Of a DNA stretch of 64,000 bases, positions 1 to 12,769 are shown one piece after another. Each line of letters opens with the position of its first letter. Position 1 is the first letter of the stretch. The stretch comes from Camelus ferus (taxonomy: Eukaryota), in NCBI RefSeq assembly GCF_009834535.1, contig NC_045697.1, forward strand, positions 15,254,001 to 15,318,000. The letters run 5' to 3'. The notes beneath the pieces were generated by a model that saw nothing but the letters and a program-made list of their open reading frames with translations, had not been told where the DNA came from and ran no database searches. The translations under genes were made by a program, and so were the position numbers.

Positions 1-118
1 AAAGGAAGGACGGGGAAGGGAGGGAGAGGGGGAATGATGGAGGGAGGGAAGAAAGACTGAAGATGGGAAGGGAAAAGGAAAGGGAAGGAAAGGAAAGGAA
101 AAAGAAAAGAAAGAAAAA
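1..118. repeat. Purine-rich (GGAA/GAAA/GGGA) low-complexity tract
   Basis: Almost only A/G, with repeated GGAAA, GAAAA and GGGA units. Confidence 0.9.
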
Positions 119-2024
119 CCCCAACAAAAAAAGAGATCAACCTAAAATTCACATCTTGATGTATCGAATTCTAAATTCCACACTAAATTATAACAAATGA
201 CTATTTAAAATTACTAGAAAGGTTTCAACCACACACTCACCAAAACAAAAAATAAAATAAAATAAAACCTATTAAGCATCTATCTATAAGGTGACTTTGA
301 CAAATTTGATAAAAAAATAAATCTCAACCCCACCAAAAATGCCATGAGACTAGAAGGATTGTTTCTGAAATGACGGCCACAGCTGCATTTTGGTTTTAAA
401 TAAAGCTTTCTGAGTTACATTCCTGAGGCTTGGTAACTGAAACAATTTGCTTTTCTACAAGTATCAACACATACTACTGTTAATCAGCAGCTTAAATCAA
501 AACTGGGACAAATACAATGAACTGAGACTTTGTTTGCAAACCATCTCTGGATTCGGGCAATTCACAGCAAGTCTTCCCCATTAGTACTGCTAACTGAAAT
601 TTGTTATATAAATTGCTTTCTCCCTAATTCCCTGAGGGGGATCAGGGTCAAGCCATATGTGAGTGTTTATTCAGGGGAAGAAGCAGGAAGCAGTTCCAGG
701 ACCAGAAATAAGCCTGCCGTCCTTCGCCATGATACCCCCAGGGAGCCGCCGCTCCCATCCACAGCACAGACGGCCCCAAGCGCAGGCATGTCTGGCCATG
801 GGAAGTCAGGGTACTAGGAAAGGCATCAATCTCCCCTGTTTTAGGGTTGGAGCCCTAAAACATTCTTAAAGTGTAAGAACGGCCGCTTGCATAATGCATA
901 CAGGATACTGAGAAGGAGGAGGGCTCAGAGAAACGGAAAGGAAAAGAAGGTATAGAATACGCTGCCTCTCTCCACGACAGCAACAGTCACAGTAAGAGGA
1001 CACTGTCTAGGAGCACAGGTCAAACTGCATTTGTTCCCCCCAAAACAGAGTGAAGATTCCAATCGAATTCCACCCCCATCTATAGCTCAGCCTGGAATCT
1101 TTCATTACAGTGCTTTCAAGATTATTAGATTGCTAACTTGTATCAGAATTATATACGTATGTGTCTTTCCTCCTCAGTAGATTATATTAACTATAATCTA
1201 AATCACAATTTGCCATGATATATTGCAAACAATGGAGATGTAATAAATTGTTGAATTTTGTGCCACAAAGTGGCGAAAGGGGTCATTTAAATAACCCATC
1301 CAACTGGAAACAGGAATGAGCCTCACTTTTATAAAAATTTTTTCACATCAGAAGTGGGGGTTGTAGAGAGCAGGCATACTACCTCTGGTCTCATCAAGTC
1401 TTGATATAAATCACTAGGATCAGCGTTAATTTGCAAATTCCCCACTGTTACATTCTTTGTCTCTAGAATGCAAAAACATGCACATTGGTGTAACACCACC
1501 TCTACAGCAGACCAGCACTGTTCTTCCAACTGTTTACACCAGACCCAGGCACTGGCCGCTCCGAGGCAATGATGCTGATAAAGCCTGCGGTCGACCCTGA
1601 CAGTGCTGAAGGGTCCTTTGGCATAAGACACAACTACATTGAAAAAATGGCTCTCACCAAATCAGCTAAGTGAAGATCAAGCAGCAGAAACCACAATTCT
1701 AGGAATCACTCAGATTTGATGCCATAGTCATTCTAAACTGAGCTTTCTCACCCAAATGAATTTTCTGAACTTTTTAGAGTCATGTTTTCTTCACAGTGAG
1801 TGAAGGAAAGAAAAGCATTTGTACCTCCTAATTTACAGAGATGGTCTACATCTTTAAATGCTTAAATAATCTTTAAGAACTCTCCCAGGTCATCCTCCCT
1901 TGTAGAAATCATGAACTGCCCTGGGAGAACCAGTGGAAAGACTGAGCCTGTCCAGTCTCTGAATTCTTTCAGGTGATATTGTCATGGGCATTCAGTGACT
2001 TCAGGCTTAGAGGGGATATGATCG

Positions 2025-2222
2025 CCTGAGTGTCTGTCCTAACCGCCACTGACACTGCTGTGACCTCTTGGTCAAAGGACCTCCTGTCCACACTCCTTTA
2101 GTTTATCAATAAAACAAAAATAAGAACAATAGCACCCCCATGGTGATGGTGTGAAGGTTAACACCCAGGCCCTGAACCAGTGTCTGGCTCACAGGGACCC
2201 TGTTAAGTGCTGAGCATTATCA
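2025..2222 (+). mobile_element. MIR SINE relic
   Basis: Degenerate MIR core: 'ccactgacactgctgtgacctcttgg...gtgaaggttaa...cagtgtctggctcacag'. Confidence 0.6.
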
Positions 2223-3480
2223 CTGAATTTAGTTCTGTTTCCTCAAGGAAATCCAAATGTGTTGAGATGCTTAAAAAAGAAAAGAACTGGCTGTTGATTG
2301 GGGGATAATGAGAACCCATCTTGAAACACAACCCAGGGAGCTTGGTTTAGAAGATACTTACAGAAGCAGAGCAGGATAGAGCAGGAGGTGATCCCATCCC
2401 AGGCCCCCAGGACACAACGCTGTGAAGAAAAATGATCAAAGCCAACTGGAACCCATCTTTCTTTGCCCAGATATTTATGCAACATATTGAGAGCAAAAGG
2501 TGTTTATAAAAAGTAGGGGACAGCAAAAGAAACAGCTGTTAAGCTGTTCTGACTGGGAGAACAAAGTAAGAGTTCCAAAATAAAAAAAAAAAAATCTGAA
2601 GAGAAGCAATTCTTTGTTTCCTCAAAGCACTGAAAAAACACTGTTAAATAAGTGTCCCCATATATTCCCATGATCTGGGGTCACAGGCTTTCTAAAATAT
2701 CTAAGCAATTTAAGTAATACGACTTCAGAATCTATCCTGCTTGCCTGAGGAAGTCCAGCACGGCTGTTCTTGTTTCTGAACACTCCTTGGGGAGGTAGCC
2801 TGTATTTTCTTGCCACTTTTGACCCCGGGTTTCTTCTCCCAGCTGGACCCTCACCGACCCCGCACACCACCCCCTTGCTGTGGCCGCTCAGCAAAGCCCC
2901 CGCGTGTGCTCCTCCTCCTCCGTTCTCCACAGCACATCTGACACCCAGCGGTCCCCGGAAGGCTGGAAACAAATGATGCTAGAGATCGAATCCAAAACTA
3001 AACACAGCTTAAACTGTATTCTTTGACACATTCAAGTTTCTAGGCTTTCTCTCCTTTAAGATATTTTCTCTCACTGCCCCTTCCCCCTCCTTAAATCTCA
3101 GCCTGCTGCCTTGGCCTTTATCCTAAAGACCGTTCTGGGCCTCTACTTCCTTCCAAATTCCAGGGCCCCACACTTTTCTTGAACTGCTGGAAGTCAGTCT
3201 AAATTAACTGCCACTTTATCATGCAAACTAATTCAGCTCATTTCCTCTTATTCTGCCTTTGTTAGACTAGCCCTTGAGGCCCACCTTCGAGTAATCGAGG
3301 GCCCTTTAAAGTGTTTTTCCAATAAGAGAACAGCCCTCTCCAGGAATAAATTATGTTTTTCTTATAGGACAGGAACCACACACTCAAGGCCTGCAAGGCC
3401 TATGTGGGCCTCTCTCTAGATAAATATAGATACAGACATAAATATAGATACATGGATACAGATATCTAGATCTGTCTGTA

Positions 3481-3481
<1 letters not shown>

Positions 3482-3529
<48 letters not shown>
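3482..3529. repeat. (CA)24 perfect microsatellite
   Basis: 48 nt of uninterrupted CA, preceded by a degenerate TAGA/TACA tract (about 3415-3480). Confidence 0.98.
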
Positions 3530-3530
<1 letters not shown>

Positions 3531-3644
3531 CATGATGCCTGGTATTAAGGCAACAGGGACTATTCCAGAGAAAACACATCAGTCTAAAGGTGCTTAAACT
3601 AAAAAGATAAAATGCCTGGATAGGTCATCATTGTAAATATGTGG

Positions 3645-3850
3645 ACTTTTTAGTCGGCCAAATCTAGGTTCACATCCCAGGCCTACCATGTACGTCCTTG
3701 GACAAGCCAAGATCTTAAAAACCTTTCTGGAACTCATTTCCTCCCCTGTAAGAGACAGTAACCACATTTCAAATCCGTTGACAGGATTAAATGAGATGAT
3801 GCATGTAAAGCAATTAGTAAACAGCCTGGATTAGAATAAGCACTAGTAAA
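3645..3850 (+). mobile_element. MIR SINE relic
   Basis: 'ctaggttcacatccc...ccttggacaag...ctcatttcctcccctgtaa...aggattaaatgagatgatgcatgtaaagca' matches the MIR core and 3' part. Confidence 0.8.
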
Positions 3851-4387
3851 ATAAGTAACAGTTTACCAAATTTAAAAAGAAAAAAATTACAGAAGGGGAA
3901 ACAAGAACACGGCGCAACACATGGGGAAGGAGAAAAGCAATGCGAATCCTCGTCCTGCAGCTGCAACCCCGTCCCCTGGGAATCTCTGCAGCCCTCGGAG
4001 AAGGGGACAGCTAGCAGGGCCCAGGAGGTCCTGATCAGAAAGGGCTGATATCTGGCTAGCATCCACAAGGTTGTACCAGAGGTTAAAATATTTCTGAACT
4101 GCTCTGTAGCTACTGTCTTAGACAAAGAATAAAATCCCCTCTAGCCCACCTACTTTTTTCTTTTCCCTCGGAATTTCCCATGATTGGATAAAAAAGGTGA
4201 ATGAATGCCTGATGTTCATGCCCACGGCTCGGCTCGTAGGCCCCTGCCCCAGCACGGTGGGCCGGCCTCCATTTCCATCAGGCTGACACCTCTGCCCCTC
4301 GGGCTGCTGAATATTTTGATTATCCTTGCAAAAGGCAGAAGAGGTCCACAGGTCAAACAGAATCAGCAAGTGTTTCCACAACTGCAG

Positions 4388-4862
4388 TCAGGGGCGCACA
4401 GAATTCACGACCCCAGACTGTGCCATTTTGGCACGCAGATTATTCTGAGCTGAAAAGCAATCAAGGTCCAGCAGACTCAAGAAAAACTTCTACCTCTCCC
4501 TCAATGACCTAAAAGAAAGGGAGCCTGGACCAGAAAGACAGCTATTACCAGAGATAACTTCTTAACTGAAAGACCTGTCTGCACGGTAGGGCAAACTTCT
4601 AATTAAAACATCTGCCTTCTTATCAACCTGTGGATTTCCCTCCTCCCCTGTGGAGCCCCAGGCCTGATCCCATATAGCCCAGGGTGGCTGGTACACCTCA
4701 ATTACCCGGCTTGCTGACTTGCCCGTGAGTCTTCTATCTTTGGGGCTCCTGTACATATGAAATTAAATTTGTTTTTTTTCTCCTGTTCATCTGTCTTATG
4801 TATTTAATTATTAGATCAGCCAAAGAACCTGGAGGGGGAAAAAGGAAAAGTTCTCCCTTACA
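4388..4862 (+). mobile_element. ERV1-class solo LTR (MER34/MER39-like)
   Basis: 5' part 'gccattttggcacgcagattattctgagctgaa' and 3' end 'attaaatttg...tctcctgttcatctgtctta...cagccaaagaacct...ttctcccttaca' resemble MER34-group LTRs. About 475 bp, ending in CA. Confidence 0.75.
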
Positions 4863-7307
4863 GGAGGTGTGAAGACACTCTTGCGTCATTCCAGGTAAAG
4901 GTATAGAGGAGTGAAGCAAAGGCTAGTGGTACAGAAATGAGAGGTTTTCATGCCTTAGAACACTTGTAGATGGAAGGGAGGGAGGGAAAAAGGGAGCAAG
5001 AGAGAGAGAAAAAAAATAATCTAGGAAACATTTGGTAGAGTTACCTTAAGAAAGAACAGAAAATGGATTCCATGACTGTGATTCATCCACTATTTCCATC
5101 TTTGTCTCTCAGGACATGAGTACAACTGTTAACACCTAATGATTTAATTCATTTCACCAAGACAGGTGCTACTGGAAAGATACGGTACTGAGAAACATCT
5201 TTCAAGAACTGTTAACTGTTCTGAGTTGTAAAGCTTGACTATTTCTAAGGGACAAATGTATCATCTACTTTTTCTATGACACCAGTAGACAACATCCATG
5301 TAACTGTCATAGGAAATGTAACCTTATTCTTCAATGTACAATTGCCTCTCAGATTCCACTTGGAAGGGTTCTGGAGCTTAAAACTCAGTTATTCATGATT
5401 TAAGATATGCTCCATTAGCCTCACCATCCATACATGGATTCACAGAAACCATTAGTGAAAATCTTAGAAGTATGAACCACAGAAAGGTATTCACCAATTT
5501 ATATGCAAATTTTTCACTGTCACTTTTAAAAATATGACAAAGGTAGGAAGAAGAGAGAAAATGAGAACCATGGCATTATCCAAAAAGGCTAATTCCTTCG
5601 AGTGTTTAAACCCTTAAATGAATTTATTCAACAAAGATTTTGGGAGCCTTCTGGGTGCAAGGTAGTATGTTCTTGAACTGGTCTGTTACTACGAATGTTT
5701 CTTCTCATTGAGAAGAAGTGGTACTACACCTGACAGTTGCAATGGCCAACCAGGTGAGCTACAGCGCTACTTCTTGTGTGCACGCCTGCCACAGACAGTG
5801 CTCATCAAAGACACAACTCTCTTCTGCTGAGAGTTCCCAAGCTAGGCTGGAGAGGTGACCTGGAGAGAACAATACAAAGACAGGATTATCAGCCCATTAC
5901 AATTAAAAGACATGAAGGAGATTTGCCCTCTAAGAGCTAGCTAATGCATCTTTAATAACTACCACAGTTACCGCCTGGCACAAGACGGTCACTGGGGAAA
6001 TGTGGACTGAATGAGTGATTCGCGGAATGACTGCTGAAAGTCTGAGTTTTCTATTGCACAAAATGATAAGACCAAGCATTGGGGACAATTTTTTGAACAT
6101 ACAAACAGCCCTACCTACCACAACAAAATTATAATTGAGACCCAAAGGAATCCCTTGTTGAAAGCATCCCTATCACAAAAGTAAGCCCTGAATTGCATTC
6201 AGTAAACAGATCAATAGAAAGTTTCAAATGAATAGGTCTTGCACGAGTCATCGACGGCAGCTGAGTGAAAGATTCAGCGGGCTGCAGGACCACAGAGAGC
6301 ATGTATCTTTGAACAGATTACTTGGCTATTTAAGAACAGGGAGAAAAACAAGGCTGAGACCTATTTTCGGGTTAGTTGAAATGTCTACCTCCCATGCACT
6401 GGTTCACTCTGTCCACCCAAGGTAATTTCCTTGCTAAGTTCTCTCTACATTTCCCAGAGACTTGCAAGGCAAAAATCCAGGGCTTTTGTGGAGCTATATC
6501 ACATTCACCATGACTGACGGCACAGCCTCAAAAAGGAACCCCATGGTCATCTGATGGCGGGGTGGGAGGTCTGACCACATATCATTTGGCAGAATTGTTA
6601 CAGCTGAATGGTTATGTCACACTTACATTCAAATGTACGCACACGTGTCTAAAGCAGGACTTATACATAGGAACTGGCTTTCATGGTCAGGGAAGGGTCC
6701 TGTGACTATTTTAAATTTATGGCGCCCTCCTCTGAATTTCTAAATGCTTTTTAGAGTATTTTGCTAATTTCTGTTGGACACTTCAGACCCACCCTCCATC
6801 CTGCCCCATGAGGCTGCCTGTACTTGTGTTCCTCAGCGCTCTGGCTTTCGGTTGTTTTTTAGGTTTGGTGAAGACAGAGATGAGATTACGATACATGTCC
6901 CCGGGCTCCCTCCCACAGAGTGGTGGAGAGTGGCTGTGCTCCCCTAGACAAGGCTGTAAACTCCCAACAGGAGGCGCTGTGCTACAGTCATGGCCACAGC
7001 TCTCTCCGGGTGCTGGGAAGGTTTCCTGCCTTCCCCATTCACGGCATAGTAGTGGCTCCCCACGCTTGTTAACCCTCTAGTGCAGCACCATTCTGTGCTG
7101 GTTCCCTTAACCTTACCTACATATTTGTAAGTTGTGCTTTCATTAAAGTCTTCCCTGTTTTGTGCCAGGATTATATTTGATATAAATATATACCATAACA
7201 TGTAGCATTTGTTCTTACTGCCTTTTGGTATTTTCCATTTGATTCTAATATCCATACATATATACTGGATTTAGAATTATCTACATAGATATGTAATTTC
7301 TAATGTA

Positions 7308-7687
7308 CAGTCATCCTTTGGTACCCCTGGGGGATAGCTTTCATTGCTTTCAGGAACCCCTCAGATACCAAAATCCAAGAAATGCTCAAGTCTCTTATAT
7401 AAAATGGTGCAGTATTTGCATATAACCTACAACCTCCCATATGCTTTAAATCACCTCTGGATTACTTACAATATCTAATACAATGTAAATGCTATGTAAA
7501 TAGTTATAAATGTAAATGTCATGTAAATAGCTGTAAAAACAATGTAGATGCTATGTAAATAGTTACTTGTGCATGGCAAATTCAAGTTTTGCTTTTTGGA
7601 ACTTCCTGGCATTTTTTTTAAAATATTCTCAATCTGTAGTTGGTTGACTTCTCAGATACAGAGCCTACAGCTTCTGAAGGCCGACTG
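7308..7687 (+). mobile_element. TcMar-Tigger non-autonomous DNA transposon (MER2/MER2B-like)
   Basis: TA on both sides (7306-7307, 7688-7689), termini CAGTC...GACTG with degenerate TIRs, and internal 'gataccaaaatcc...atgctcaagtctcttatataaaatgg...gtatttgcatataacctac' typical of MER2. Confidence 0.88.
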
Positions 7688-7884
7688 TATATATGTATAA
7701 CTATATGTCTATAAAATCATGTGAATATAATTTCTAACTTAATTGTATTTCCCTGAGACAAGGAGTGTGCCATGTCCTCTGGGGCATGGTAAGAGGTAAA
7801 CGAGTTTAGGATTTGACATAATTCTTAAACTCATTGCTGGAAAAAGGACATATTTGAGCAGAGTTGTGACAACAAATAACAATT

Positions 7885-8108
7885 AAAATTTGTTAAGTGA
7901 TCAGTATGTGCCTGACAACTGTGGCAGACATGTTCCATGTAACTATCCTAACTCCCATTAACCACTGTGCAAGTCATATTTTATTATTCTCATTTTCAAG
8001 ACAGGCAGTCAGAAGCTCAGATGTAATTTCAACATGGACCCAGGGCTAGGAAGTAGAAGAGCCAAGATGCAGACTTGGGTCCATCTGACACCTGAGTTCA
8101 GGCTCTTT
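7885..8108 (-). mobile_element. MIR SINE relic
   Basis: 'tatgtgcctgacaactgt...attattctcattttcaagacagg...gaagctcagatg...catctgacacctgag' is the reverse MIR pattern. Confidence 0.7.
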
Positions 8109-8864
8109 CTCAAGATTTGACATCATATCTCTCACAGCGGGGGTAGGAGACTCCTGCTCCAGTTAGCCAGTCATTGCAAGTGGAGCTGCCTCTTCATCAG
8201 GTACAGAATCGCCAAGAGCCAACAGAGACTCAAGATTTGATTAACTCTGGAATTCAACTCAGACAATGAAATATGCAAAATTACATATTTCTGTGCTTTA
8301 TTGTTTTTCATCTGTTTTCTCACATAGTGCTTTTTGCCCTTAAAATATTCTATGGTGATTTGGGCAAGCTGCATTTAGGACTCTGTGTGTTGTATTACAC
8401 ATTCATAGACCAATAAAAGTGAATATATATTTGCACAGTGTCTAGTATACTGCAAGCACTTAATAAATATTTTAATCAATTAAATAGTCATAGAAGCCTT
8501 TTTGTCATACAAAATCAACATCCGTATTCAGCATTTGGAGAAAGAACATCTTATCATTCCTGGTGGAATAAGAGCTTTGATTATTTGATGCTGAAAAGGG
8601 AAACATAACAAATTTTCAGATGAGTGTAATTGCACTGTGGTAATTACACAGGTCTGATTTCATTACAGTAAATGCTAATTTAATGTCTGATTCATTTCTC
8701 TAACTGGCACTAAAAATGCTTTTACTTCACATGCAATATGAAAACATACTAGATTGTAGAATTTTGGAGGAAAATACAAGTTTGCTGATTTATGGGCATT
8801 TCAGGATAAGTAAAGGACATTCCAACTATGGCTTACATAGACAAAGGAGACTTCAGAAAAACCA

Positions 8865-9283
8865 ATTTAAGCCTATGGACCTCCTCCTTACAACAATGCT
8901 TTTAAATGAATAAAAGGACATACACAGGATTATAAAGAGAACAAATTACATTGGGAAAGCTATCAAAGTATTTTCAAGAACAATTTTGTGATACAGTGAT
9001 ACAGTTTATTATAAAAATGTTAACTATCAATATGTAGAAGTGTGTCCAATAACTACTGTAAGTTTTAATCATACTGGCAACAACTGCAATGTGATATTAT
9101 GATTATATCTGTATCCACTGGTGATGAGTTGCACGTAACTTCTGTGGCTTAAGTCTCATAATTAAAGGACTTGCTAATTTCAGTTAGCCAGAAGCTAGTA
9201 AAATTAAGATATAATTTATTCTCCTATCTAAATGTACTGAATCTCTGAATTCTGTTGGTGGACCCCGGGCGAAGAAACCTTGT
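8865..9283 (+). mobile_element. hAT-Charlie DNA transposon relic (Charlie4a-like)
   Basis: 'aagcctatggacctcc...aatgcttttaaatgaataaaa...caggattataaag' and terminal 'ggaccccgggcgaagaaaccttg', similar to the Charlie end GACCCCAGGTTAAGAACCCCTG. Confidence 0.55.
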
Positions 9284-9879
9284 CATGGAAGCAGCACTGA
9301 AGGCAGAGTATTACAGGATGAAATACAGCAATCAGAAAGAGGGGAATCAGGGAAAGCCTTCCTCTCTCCCAGCGCGAGTGGAAAGAAAAACAAGAATTGT
9401 TCAGGTGGAATTAATTTTAGAGCCAAATATATCCTTGCTTCACAGAATAAAATACAATGCTATTAAAAAAATAAGTTAAAACAGATTTCAAGCAGGCTGC
9501 TTCGTGAAAGTCTTTGAAAAAGTAATGTACTGGATTTTTAAGTGACTGACAGCACGAAACCTCTTTTAAAATTTCTAATGTGTATTTCATCATAAACAGT
9601 GAACGAAAGATCAAAGGGAAAAAATGGTAGGACTATTCACTTATTTGATATACATATAAAAGCAAATATGTTCTGCCTTCTAGAGGCTTGAATCTAGTTT
9701 ATTAACAGTAGCACACACCCAAATTTGTAGTGATGTAACAGCCTATGTGCAGATCAGCCCATCTGTTAGTGGCCAGCCAGTCTCAAACAGATACCACTCA
9801 ATTGCCTGGATTTGAATCAACAAGGATTAAATGTCAGTAAAAACACATTGACTGAGATCAAAATCAGCAAATTAAAAAA

Positions 9880-10114
9880 TTGGGAGTTCGGGAAATTTGC
9901 AGATACTATTATATATAAAGTAGATAAATAACAAGATCCTACTGTATAGCACAGGGAACTATATTCAATGCCTTGTAATGGCTATAATGAAAAATAATAC
10001 AAAAATAATATATATCTATTTATGCATAACTGAACCACTATGCTATACACCAGAAACTAACATTGTAACTGACTATAATTCAATAATAATTTTTTAAAAA
10101 ACTGAAAAAAAAAA
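9880..10114 (+). mobile_element. LINE-1 3' UTR fragment (cetartiodactyl/camelid type) with A-rich tail
   Basis: 'ctactgtatagcacagggaactatattcaat...tatacaccagaaactaacattgtaactgactata' followed by an A tract; homologous to the 3' end of the L1 at 43162-44100. Confidence 0.92.
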
Positions 10115-10265
10115 GTAGCTCCATTAAAATCAGGTACTGAGTTATTCTCATTTAACATGATACAATGCCAAGAGCCATCATTTGGGGTCATCCTAGAATC
10201 GTTCGGAAGAATCGACAATATAAAGGGAATACATAAGGTACTTCCTAATAGGAGCAGATGGTTAC

Positions 10266-10967
10266 TGGTGAAAAAAAAAAAAAAAAAAAAGCAAGACAAC
10301 AGGCCCCAAATGGAGTTGCTTAGACTAAGCCCCACAGTCACCAAACTAAAACTTAACAAATGTTCAGCTCTCCCAGAAATGGAATTTTAAACCAATCAGG
10401 AATCATCTGATCATCTGATGAGCACTGGTTGGGTAATCTGCCTGACAGACCCCCTGCCATCCCTTACAGGAGTGTGACCTTGCAACTACCAGCCCACTTT
10501 GTGCCTAGTGTACTTTCCTTGTTCCTACTCCCTTCTGCCTATAAAAGTCTTTCACTGGTACAGCTCCTTGGAGCCCCCATTTATCTGCTAGATTAGATGC
10601 TGACTGATACAAAGTTATTTTTGTTCAGATAAACTATTAAAATTTTAATATGTTTCAGGGTTTTTTTTAATTTATTTTTTTCAAGGTATAGTCAATTTAT
10701 ATTTTGTGTCAATTTCTGGTGTACAGCACAATGCTTCAGTCATACATGAATATATGTATATTCATTTTCATATTCTTTTTCACCATAAGCTATTAGAAGA
10801 TATTAAATATAGTTCCCTGTCCTATGCAGTATAAACTTGTTTTTCTATTTTATATATATTAGTCAGTATCTACAAATCTCGAACTCCCAGTTATTATCCC
10901 TTCCCACCCCCTTCCCCCGGGTCACCGTAAGCTTGTTTTCTGTGTTGTTTCAGGTTATCTTTTAACA
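10266..10967 (+). mobile_element. ERV1-class solo LTR interrupted by an L1 fragment
   Basis: TG...CA termini, 4-bp TSD TTAC (10262-10265, 10968-10971), CCAAT box ('aaccaatcagg', about 10390) and TATA box ('cctataaaa', about 10540). Confidence 0.8.
10660..10945 (-). mobile_element. LINE-1 3' UTR fragment nested in the LTR
   Basis: Poly(T), then the reverse complement of the L1 3' end ('tgtgtcaatttctggtgtacagcaca...atagttccctgt'). 9-bp TSD TGTTTCAGG (10651-10659, 10946-10954). Confidence 0.93.
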
Positions 10968-11185
10968 TTACCTTAGCAACTTAGTGCTTTGTGTCTTAGG
11001 TTTATTCTCCCAATTCCCTCTTTTCTCAGTGTCAAACAGAACTAAAGTCCAACCGTCAAACAAGAATTTGGGGGCTTCCTGATTTATCTTACCCCTCTTT
11101 TTTGTTCTCTGGTAATGACTGCCCTCCTGCCTACCTCTTCCTTAACCACCGTGTATTCTGACCTAAAGTACTTAATGCACTTTTA

Positions 11186-11235
11186 TTATTTTTTTACTTT
11201 TTTTTTATTGATTTATAATCATTTTACAATGTTGT
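11186..11235 (-). mobile_element. Extremely 5'-truncated LINE-1 (last ~30 nt plus poly(A))
   Basis: Minus strand reads ACAACATTGTAAAATGATTATAAATCAATAAAAAAAAAG..., flanked by a perfect 15-bp TSD CTTAATGCACTTTTA (11171-11185, 11236-11250). Confidence 0.88.
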
Positions 11236-12769
11236 CTTAATGCACTTTTAATACAAACTAGCAGTCCCACTGCAGATGCCCCAGCTCCTCCGAGGTTGCC
11301 AGATGTTCCCTAGTCCTGGTTCTACTTCTGGCCTTTCTCCTTTTACAGAAGCCTCTTAGGCAGTAAACCCTTGGCCCAGAAAGGAGATGGAAGGTCTACA
11401 AATTTATCTCCAAGTCCTTCAACCTTCAAGTAGACACTAAGGAATTTTCTGGGGTTGCAGGCAAAGAGCCAGACCTCAGAGCAATCAGGATGAGCCAGGA
11501 ATGTACAGAGGTACTTTCTGAGAGTAGAAAGGTAAGAGCCTCAAATATGGGGACATGAGGTACAAGGAAGCTTATCTCTTTGTCTAGAAGGTCATTGTGG
11601 TCTCTTCTCAAAGGTCTCTGTGTACGAAACAGCTATTGGCTCTTCTGCCTATAACTGATTGAGCTGTATCATTTCCCAGCATTGGCTGGCATCTTTCCAT
11701 TCATCACCATCACCCTCTTAAGAAGCACGTCTTCCCTGTAGACTCACGTTCCTGGTCCCCTCCTGACTAAACCAAGCAACGCCCAAGATGACAGTGAGCA
11801 AAGCTTTCAACACTTTTATTTAACAAACTCACTATTTTCAAGTGAGGTCACTCCTAAGGTAATTGGTATATTTAAGTCAATTACTTCATTTTCTTTTCAC
11901 TCTGGACAACATGAACACAAACACAAACATCTAGAGAACTCATAGATGATATAATAAAGTCTGGTCAGACGAGCCTAACATCCCTTCTAAACCGCCCGGG
12001 CCTCGGTGTCCTCATTCCTACGAAAGGGCTGGTGAAAATCGTTAGAATGCAGTGGGGAGATGACAGAGAAGTGAGCCTAGTACTAATTAGTGGTCCCTTA
12101 GGTGACAAAGCCCCGACTCATGCTGGTCCGTCATGATACTCATGTAGCTTTAATAAAACTAAAAGAAAAATACAGTGAGGTTTTCATAAAGTAATGTTTA
12201 TTCAATTAAAATATTGTCTTTTATTCTCAGATTATAACGTGCTGCCTATATTTGGGGACAGAGCCCTTTCTTTTATAAAATCACCGATGATTATTTATGG
12301 TAGTCTTTCCCCCAGTGTATTGATAATTCATATATTCTTTTTTTGGCAGCATCTAGTATTACAAAATAAAAATATGACCCTTACGTCATGCTATAAACTC
12401 TCCTTTTTAAGAAATTGCACATCTTCAAGAAGTGGAGATGTCTGAAAACCTGAGCTCTTAATCATGACGCACAACAGATTCTAAGCATAGCTGAACTTGA
12501 GATTAGAAGCCCAGAGGAATCACGCTGAGGCCAAGGAATCCCTATGTTAGAACTGTCTGTCCACCCTACTGTGCCGTGTCCCCCAGTGGGCACTCCCAGC
12601 AGATGCCATTGGCTTGTGAGATGCTGCTCTTGGATCAGAGGCTGATCCAACCAGCATGTCCTGTGCCTGCAGGTGAGCCTGGCTGAAGACGGAAGAGTCC
12701 TGTGCCCTTCTGCACTCGCCTTGGTGACTGCTTTCCTTGAATTCAAAGGATCGACTCATTTGTTCCTTA

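Noticed and set aside
690..4320. CpG-island promoter at the GC-richer patches (about 700-800, 2820-2960, 3900-4310)
   Set aside because: Patches are short with only scattered CpGs and no sustained island.
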